DNA of 64,000 bases from Chloroflexota bacterium (GTDB lineage: Bacteria; Chloroflexota; Dehalococcoidia; E44-bin15): positions 56,702 to 120,701 of the forward strand of contig JAUVVB010000001.1 in NCBI GenBank assembly GCA_030604825.1. Reading direction: 5' to 3'. The notes below the pieces were generated by a model, which was not told the origin of the DNA, searched no databases, and worked only from the letters and a program-made list of their open reading frames with translations. Shown here piece by piece: positions 58,435-64,000 of the stretch; position 1 is the stretch's first letter; each line of letters opens with the position of its first letter. The position numbers and the translations under genes were made by a program.

Positions 58435-61020
58435 TTATTCGACGGAAAGCTTTCCCCTCCTCCACGCCTGGAGGAAGATGCTCACCACTTGGGGATCGAA
58501 GCGCCGCCCCGAATCAGCAGCAATCTCCTTTACCGCCGCCTCCGGGTCTAACGCCCCCAGAGGCGACCGCCCCGAGGTCATGGCATCAAAGGCATCGGCG
58601 ATAGCTAGAATCTTCGCTCCCAATGGAATCTCCCCACCCTTTAGGCCGGAGGGGTAACCGGTGCCGTCATATCTCTCATACATGTGCGAGGCGAGCGACA
58701 AGGCCGGCGCCAGAAAGTCAACCCGTGACAGCGCCTCTTCCATAGCGGCCAGGCGTTCTCTCAGCCTAGCCCACCGCTCAGCAGTGAGCCGCCTCCTCCC
58801 ATCAAGCACCTCCTGAGAAGCTGAAGCAAGGCCCAGATCCTTAAGCAAGGCGGCATAGTGGAGTGCCTGCCGTTCACCTCCGAGTAGCTTGAGGTCGGTA
58901 GCGATCGCCGGAGCATACCTTGACACCCGTCGGCCGCTATCCAAGTCAAAGAGATACCTCGCCCGTACCGACTTGGCGATCTCCCCGGTGAGGACCAGCA
59001 TAGCCTCCAAGGCGGCAAGCTGCTCGACCTCCTGCTCGAGGATGCGGTCTTGCTGCCTTTCCAGATCGCTACTGAGGTCGTCCGCCAGGAGCAAAGCGCG
59101 ATTACAGAGCACTTCGAGCTCTCGCACCCTGCAGTCGATGGTCTCTAGCCTTTCAACCAAGGCCGATGACACTTGCTCTCCGGTCGACGACAGCAGATAG
59201 CGAATATCCTTGAGCTCGGCCCGCGCCGCCTGGCCACTCCTCTCGTGCTCAGATTGCAGGCGGTTGATTCGCTCCACCCCGCTCCGCCACCTTTTGGGGA
59301 CAAAGACGGTGAAAACTGTCCCTTCCTCTTGCCCGCTTTTAACCTCAACCTTGCCCCCCAAGCCCTGCACCAATACCATGGCTAGGTGGAGAGCGTTTCT
59401 TCGGCCACCACCGATCATGCCCTCCCCTTGAGCCCGAAAGAGCATTGCCAGTTCGGGTGGGGGGATGTGGCGATTGCGGTTGATGATCTCCACGGCGATA
59501 AAGCCCTCCCTCGCCTCGGAGACGCTCACCAGCAGCCGGTCGCCAGGCGCACTTGACTCAACTTCGCTTCTCAATAGATAGAATAGACCCTGAGTAAGAC
59601 TCCTTTCATCCACTATCAGCTGGCTGATGTCCTCAGCCCCTTGGGTATCAACCTCCACCCCCCTCTCCTCAGCCAGTCCCTGCACCAGCTCCATAACCTG
59701 GTCAAGGGTCTTTTTGAGGTCCACCTCATCCAAAGTGGTCCCAACTGCACCCCCCTCGACCCATTCCAGGCTCTCGAGTTCCTTGAGGGTGCCCAGGAGT
59801 TGCCCGGTGCTCTCTTTAATCGATTCCAAGCTGCTCACCTGCTGGGAGTCCAAATTCTCAACCCGGCCCCTGAGTAGTGAGTCCACACAACCCCTTATCC
59901 CGTTGATCGGCGCTTCCACTTCCCTGGCCACAAAGGTGATCCACGCCAACGCCCCCTGCATCGCCCTCAGCTCTTCTCGATATGAGGATGGTATACCTTT
60001 GGGGGCGAGGGGCGGTTGTGCCCCAATATCGTTCTGTCGCTGGTCAAAGCGATAGTTATTACCGGGAAGGCGCTTGATATAATCTAGTAGCTCGGCAGCT
60101 ATCTCGTTGGCCTGCAGATAACTGTCGATTCTCCGCCTCTCGTTGGTAACCACCGCGATGGAAAGGGTCATGATCGGCCACTGCTCCCGCTGACCCAATC
60201 GGCCATCGTATTCGATGTAGCCCCGCTGTAAGTCCTTGGGGTGGTACAGGGTCCTGATACGGCTATCGAACGCGGCGATAATCCGCTGACAGAGAGTTTG
60301 CGCCCTTTGGGGCGTGGTGATAACTACGAAATCATCGCCATCCCGGTGTCCCACCAAATCATCTGGATTGCCAAACAGGCGCGCCGCCTCACGCAGTATC
60401 TCAGCCAGAAGCCGGATTGCGCGGTCACCTTGAGCGAAGCCATACACATCGTTGAAAGCCTTGAGAGAATCCATGTCCACATACATGACAGCCAAGGGCT
60501 TATTCTGTCCGATCAAGGCATTGATCTCGGTATTTATCTGGGGGCTGCTCGGCAACCCGCTCAGCCGATTTACGTTTTTCTCCTGCTCTGCTCGTCTTAA
60601 GTGGGCTTCTACCAAAGCCACGACCTCAGCAGGGGCGAAGGGTTTGGTGATATAATCCTCAGCCCCCACAGCTATGCCTGCTATGATATCCTTGCTCTCC
60701 ACCTTAGCACTGATCATTATCACCGGGATCTGGCTGGTCTGTCGGCTCTGCTTTAGGCGCCAGCAAACGTCAAGGCCGTCCAGATCGGGAAGCACTACAT
60801 CGAGCAGGATCAAATCCGGCCTCTCGCTAGAGGCCTTAGCCAAAGCCTGGATCCCATTCACCGCTGAGAGAACCTCGAAATTGGCATGCCGCAAGTTTGC
60901 CTCCAAGATTTGAATTACCCCTGGGTCATCATCGACCACCAGGATAGTCCTTCCCGTTCGGTTTATGGCGCCGCCCGTCATACCAATGCCTCTTTGACTT
61001 CTTCCCCGCCAAACCCCCAT
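58435..61020 (-). CDS. multidomain signalling protein: REC - degenerate GGDEF - degenerate HisKA/HATPase-like core - coiled coil - degenerate HD-GYP
   Basis: REC intact (DD, LILLDVVLPDLDG, MISAK, YITKPF). GGDEF region YVDMDSLKAFNDVYGFAQGD...GHRDGDDFVV (DGDDF instead of GGEEF). Middle AREVEAPINGIRG (no His) and HATPase-like blocks. C-terminus ALLKDLG...SHMYERYDGTGYPSGL...ADAFDAMTSGR (KD instead of HD). Confidence 0.7.
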   Translation of the reverse strand: MGVWRGRSQRGIGMTGGAINRTGRTILVVDDDPGVIQILEANLRHANFEVLSAVNGIQALAKASSERPDLILLDVVLPDLDGLDVCWRLKQSRQTSQIPVIMISAKVESKDIIAGIAVGAEDYITKPFAPAEVVALVEAHLRRAEQEKNVNRLSGLPSSPQINTEINALIGQNKPLAVMYVDMDSLKAFNDVYGFAQGDRAIRLLAEILREAARLFGNPDDLVGHRDGDDFVVITTPQRAQTLCQRIIAAFDSRIRTLYHPKDLQRGYIEYDGRLGQREQWPIMTLSIAVVTNERRRIDSYLQANEIAAELLDYIKRLPGNNYRFDQRQNDIGAQPPLAPKGIPSSYREELRAMQGALAWITFVAREVEAPINGIRGCVDSLLRGRVENLDSQQVSSLESIKESTGQLLGTLKELESLEWVEGGAVGTTLDEVDLKKTLDQVMELVQGLAEERGVEVDTQGAEDISQLIVDERSLTQGLFYLLRSEVESSAPGDRLLVSVSEAREGFIAVEIINRNRHIPPPELAMLFRAQGEGMIGGGRRNALHLAMVLVQGLGGKVEVKSGQEEGTVFTVFVPKRWRSGVERINRLQSEHERSGQAARAELKDIRYLLSSTGEQVSSALVERLETIDCRVRELEVLCNRALLLADDLSSDLERQQDRILEQEVEQLAALEAMLVLTGEIAKSVRARYLFDLDSGRRVSRYAPAIATDLKLLGGERQALHYAALLKDLGLASASQEVLDGRRRLTAERWARLRERLAAMEEALSRVDFLAPALSLASHMYERYDGTGYPSGLKGGEIPLGAKILAIADAFDAMTSGRSPLGALDPEAAVKEIAADSGRRFDPQVVSIFLQAWRRGKLSVE

Positions 61021-61057
61021 GCCAACTTTGTTGGCTTTGTTAGTCTAACAGAGACGT

Positions 61058-61098
61058 GTTAGAACGGAGTTGGAGCTTGGTCAGAAAAACGTTAGAAT
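61058..61098 (+). promoter_or_regulatory. two GTTAGAA boxes 33 bp apart (plus an inverted TCTAAC at 61044) near the 5' end of the divergent signalling gene
   Basis: GTTAGAAC at 61058-61065, GTTAGAAT at 61091-61098. Confidence 0.4.
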
Positions 61099-61192
61099 TT
61101 GGGACTTCAGTACTAGAGGGCAGGATTCAGCAGGGTGACCTGCTTGACAAATCAAAACGGTACCACATGCAGCGACACTCCATGACGAGGTT

Positions 61193-61256
61193 GGTTAGAG
61201 CAGGTTAGAAAGAGGTTAGAAAAAGGTTACAACCTTTAGAATTTAACGGTTAGAAT
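61193..61256 (+). promoter_or_regulatory. array of 5-6 direct repeats GGTTAGA(A/G) phased at 10-11 bp, upstream of the OmpR-type response regulator gene
   Basis: GGTTAGAG 61193, GGTTAGAA 61203, GGTTAGAA 61214, GGTTACAA 61225, TTAGAA 61236, GGTTAGAA 61249; same 7+4 architecture as 38544-38584. Confidence 0.55.
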
Positions 61257-61299
61257 TTAGGGATTCATAACAAGTTTATCCGATTTTGGATAGTGGGGA

Positions 61300-61328
61300 T
61301 TGACAAATACGAATTCGGTATCTATGAT
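61300..61328 (+). promoter_or_regulatory. candidate sigma70-type promoter of the response-regulator/histidine-kinase operon
   Basis: TTGACA (61300-61305), 17-nt spacer, TATGAT (61323-61328); lies 44 bp downstream of the repeat array and 185 bp upstream of the ATG. Confidence 0.45.
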
Positions 61329-61513
61329 TTGTTGTGCATTGCCAGTGTAAAGTTAGTGCATTGATTTCACTTTCTGCTGGCTGCTTTCGTACACGTCGCT
61401 GAGACGTGTCCTTCCTACCAGGGTGGCCTACGGCAGTTAATCCCCAGGGCCCTCTGCCTATGTGAAAGGCGCCTCCGCATCAACGAGGACGTTAGCACGT
61501 CTAGCGTCTTACC

Positions 61514-62233
61514 TTGGCTGCAGCAATACCGAGAGGGATTGATACTATGAAGGAGAAGATCCTGGTGATCGACGATGACCCCGAGCTTTTGGGCTTGGCT
61601 CAGAACTGGCTGCAAAATGCCGGATACGAGGCGCTCATCGCAGAAGACGGGATTGAGGGGCTTCGTCAGGTGTATAGCGCTCGTCCCCATCTAGTGCTCC
61701 TGGATATCCGCATGGCGCGCATGGATGGTTGGGAGGTCTGTCGCCGCATTCGGGAGATGTGCGACATGCCCATCATCATGGTAAGCGTGAACGGGGAAAA
61801 AGCCGATTTGCTCCGGGCATTCAACCTTGGTGTCGATGACTACGTTACCAAACCCTTTCACTTCCCGGAGTTGATAGCCCGGGTGCAAGCTGTTCTGCGC
61901 CGGTCCAGTGCCAGTTGGCCACAGGATAATAACAGCACCTTCCACAACGAGGAAATAGATATAGATTGGCGAAGCCGCCAGGTGTGGGTTCGAGGGCAGC
62001 GAGTGGCGGTTTCGCCCACGGAGTTCCGGCTGTTGTCTTGCTTGATTGAGAACCGGGGCTGGATTGTTACCCATGATGAGCTGTTGCGGAAGGTGTGGGG
62101 GCCGAACTACTTCGGCGAGAGAAGCTACGTCAAGCTATACATTAGATACTTGCGCCAGAAAATAGAGAGAGACCCTAGCAACCCGGAGTGGATCTTAACC
62201 GAAAGGGGTGTAGGATACCGATTCTCGACCTAG
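61514..62233 (+). CDS. OmpR/PhoB-family response regulator (REC + winged-helix)
   Basis: ILVIDDDPELL, LVLLDIRMARMDG, IIMVSVNG, DYVTKPF; C-terminal winged helix (...YVKLYIRYLRQKIE...RGVGYRF). Confidence 0.85.
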   Translation: MAAAIPRGIDTMKEKILVIDDDPELLGLAQNWLQNAGYEALIAEDGIEGLRQVYSARPHLVLLDIRMARMDGWEVCRRIREMCDMPIIMVSVNGEKADLLRAFNLGVDDYVTKPFHFPELIARVQAVLRRSSASWPQDNNSTFHNEEIDIDWRSRQVWVRGQRVAVSPTEFRLLSCLIENRGWIVTHDELLRKVWGPNYFGERSYVKLYIRYLRQKIERDPSNPEWILTERGVGYRFST

Positions 62234-62267
62234 CGACATTGCGGGATGGCCTGTAGCCCGGAGAAGA

Positions 62268-64000
62268 ATGGTAAGGCAAGCATCATCTAATCGGGCGCCC
62301 AAAGTTGGTAGTGGGGCTGACTCGGGGCAGGAGGTGGGGTTGAAAGGGGTTGACTTTGCTCGGCTTCGGGCAGAGCGGACACCCTCAGAGGAGATGCCTC
62401 CGTCTGGTTACCCACCGGACATGTTGGGGCGGCAACTAACCCTCCTCAAGGTGATCAGCAGCCAGCTGGTCGGCGATCCCTCAGCGGAGGAGCTGGCGCA
62501 GGCGGCGTTTCTGCTGAGATATGTGATTCCGGGGATCGATAAGTGCTTCCTGCTCCTTTTCAATCCTATGGAGCAGCTCCTTCTCCCAGAGGCTGCGGCT
62601 CATTTCTCCCCCGAATTCGTTTCCGCCTTGATCCAGGCTGAGCGGAGAACGCGTCTTCTGACCGCAGCCGCCGAGCAAGCAAACCAATCGCTGGTAATCG
62701 ATCTTCCCAGTACCCGGCGGTTCGGCCCTTTATGGAGATTGGCCCGAGGGGAGGGTATAGAGTCTCTGTGGTTGATTCCACTGCGTGACAGGGATGGCAG
62801 TCTGTTAGGCTCAATCGTATTCGCCTCCTGCCAAGCCTTCTCCCCTACCAGCCATGCTTTGGCCCTGGCGACGCTCCTAGCTGACTGGATGGCAGTGGCG
62901 CTTGAGAAGGCGGAGACCCGACGAGATAGCGAAAGGTTCAAAGCTGCTTTCGACAGCGCTGGCGATGCCATGATGATCGTTGACGGCGACCGGAGGATAG
63001 TCGCCTTCAACCATGCCTCAGAGAAGTTAACCGGGTGGCAGGGAGAGCAGGCTGTGGGGCAGCATTGCTGGGAGATCTACCTTTGTGGTAACGGCAGCAC
63101 CGCGGGGCAGAGGGGCTATCCCTGCCCGATGGCAGGTAAGCAGGAATGCACCTTCACCAGCAGGGAGGGGAAAGAGGTCGCTGTGTCCATGAGCCACGCA
63201 CCATTGTCCTCCCCACCATATCATGAAGAAGGACACCAGATCGTCATTGTGCGCCACATCCCCCTTCAAAAACAGAGGAGGGGCACCAAGCCGGATGTCA
63301 TTGCCGCGGTGTCTCACGAGTTGCTCTCTCCTCTCACCTTGATCAAGGGGTATGCTGCCACCTTGTTACAACTTGGTGAAACCATCACCGAGGAGCAGAG
63401 GAGACAGTATTTTCGAGGCATTGAATCCGCTACCAGCCGACTAACTCGGTTAGCGGAGAACTTGGTAAATGTCTCCCGTCTCGAGGCTGGCCACCTCGAC
63501 CTCGCCGTCGAACCCACTTCCCTACCCGGGCTGCTACGGAAGAGCGTGACTGAAGTGCAGGGCCAGACCACTCAGCATGTAGTTAAACTCTTCCTGCCTC
63601 GCTCCTTGCCCCTGGTTTATGTTGACCGCCAGAAGATCGAGCAGGTGATAATGAATCTTCTAGTCAACGCGGTGAAATACTCGCCGCACGGGGGTGATAT
63701 CGAGGTTTCGGTAAAGCAGGTCCGGGATGAAGAGGAGCTGGTGGCAATTTGGGGAGAGGCATCTTGGGTAAAGCCCCCCTGCTTGATTGTGGCGGTTAGG
63801 GATTCGGGGGTGGGCATACCTGAGGATGAGCTGGAGCGGGTTTTTGAGAAGTATTACCGCGTGGACAACAGATTGATTCGCGCTACCTCAGGAGCAGGCC
63901 TAGGCCTTTATATTTGTAAGGTTATCGTGGAGGCCCACGGCGGTCATATCTGGGCGAGAAGCAAGGTGGGGGAGGGCAGCACCTTCAGCTTTTCCCTGCC
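62268..64000 (+). CDS. sensor histidine kinase (GAF-like + PAS + HisKA + HATPase_c), 3'-partial, runs off window end
   Basis: Open frame (codon phase 0) from ATG 62268 to the window end, so absent from the ORF track; H-box AAVSHELLSPLTLIKGY, N-box NLLVNAVKYSPHGG, G1 VRDSGVGIPEDE, G2 GAGLGLYICK; PAS segment carries a Cys cluster. Confidence 0.8.
   Translation, partial: MVRQASSNRAPKVGSGADSGQEVGLKGVDFARLRAERTPSEEMPPSGYPPDMLGRQLTLLKVISSQLVGDPSAEELAQAAFLLRYVIPGIDKCFLLLFNPMEQLLLPEAAAHFSPEFVSALIQAERRTRLLTAAAEQANQSLVIDLPSTRRFGPLWRLARGEGIESLWLIPLRDRDGSLLGSIVFASCQAFSPTSHALALATLLADWMAVALEKAETRRDSERFKAAFDSAGDAMMIVDGDRRIVAFNHASEKLTGWQGEQAVGQHCWEIYLCGNGSTAGQRGYPCPMAGKQECTFTSREGKEVAVSMSHAPLSSPPYHEEGHQIVIVRHIPLQKQRRGTKPDVIAAVSHELLSPLTLIKGYAATLLQLGETITEEQRRQYFRGIESATSRLTRLAENLVNVSRLEAGHLDLAVEPTSLPGLLRKSVTEVQGQTTQHVVKLFLPRSLPLVYVDRQKIEQVIMNLLVNAVKYSPHGGDIEVSVKQVRDEEELVAIWGEASWVKPPCLIVAVRDSGVGIPEDELERVFEKYYRVDNRLIRATSGAGLGLYICKVIVEAHGGHIWARSKVGEGSTFSFSL

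Noticed and set aside
58406-58465. Upstream 20-codon extension of the UDP-sugar dehydrogenase ORF
   Set aside because: The extension overlaps the 3' end of the signalling protein gene. ATG 58405 has a GGAGGT RBS and gives the canonical MxKIxVIGxGYVG N-terminus.
1-64000. CRISPR arrays, tRNA/rRNA genes, IS elements, integrases, phage genes
   Set aside because: I found no regularly spaced 25-40-bp direct repeats with unique spacers, no cloverleaf-compatible tRNA sequence with a GTTCRANYC T-loop in the intergenic regions, and no transposase or integrase-like ORFs. The AT-rich inserts at 13.7 kb and 41-45 kb therefore lack recognisable mobility genes within this window.

Overview
This is a roughly 64 kb, high-GC (about 60% by eye), densely coding bacterial chromosomal segment with about 65 genes and no rRNA, tRNA, CRISPR array, transposase or integrase that I could find. 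Lipobox signal peptides, Pro/Thr-linker lipoproteins and the rpsF-ssb-rpsR and hom-thrC arrangements fit a Chloroflexota-like monoderm, but taxonomy is low confidence. Bases 1-38,000 are mostly housekeeping: mutS2 3' end, phosphoesterase, comEC/comEA, ilvE, plsY, an ABC exporter pair, folE, thrC/hom, rpsF-ssb-rpsR, glyA, comF, ligT, split transketolase, proBA, mfd, suhB-like and uppP. Bases 38,865-58,405 are one minus-strand cell-surface glycan locus: a beta-helix surface protein, then about 17 kb encoding Wzx/Wzy/Wzz, four or five GT4 glycosyltransferases, an FkbM methyltransferase and a WbpA/B/E/D-type UDP-2,3-diacetamido-glucuronate pathway. The last 5.5 kb holds a signalling cluster: a REC/degenerate-GGDEF/pseudo-kinase/degenerate-HD-GYP protein, an OmpR-type response regulator and a GAF-PAS histidine kinase that runs off the window end. 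Five things stand out beyond routine annotation.
1. Arrays of 11-bp-phased GGTTAGA direct repeats (Pho-box-like geometry) sit upstream of the response-regulator operon and upstream of uppP. I read this as a previously undescribed envelope-stress-type regulon linking the two-component system, undecaprenyl-pyrophosphate recycling and the c-di-GMP protein.
2. An AT-rich, RlmJ/DUF519-like gene with a broken DPPY motif is wedged with 2-31 bp spacers between hom and thrC.
3. A beta-class DNA methyltransferase fused to an Mrr-like PD-(D/E)xK domain is inserted between proB and proA, with an AlbA_2/Schlafen-type gene overlapping the proB start.
4. Within an AT-rich sub-island of the glycan locus, a glycosyltransferase paralog was hijacked in frame by an acyltransferase-like cassette, leaving a 100-bp remnant.
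5. An intrinsic terminator abuts the glyA ribosome-binding site.
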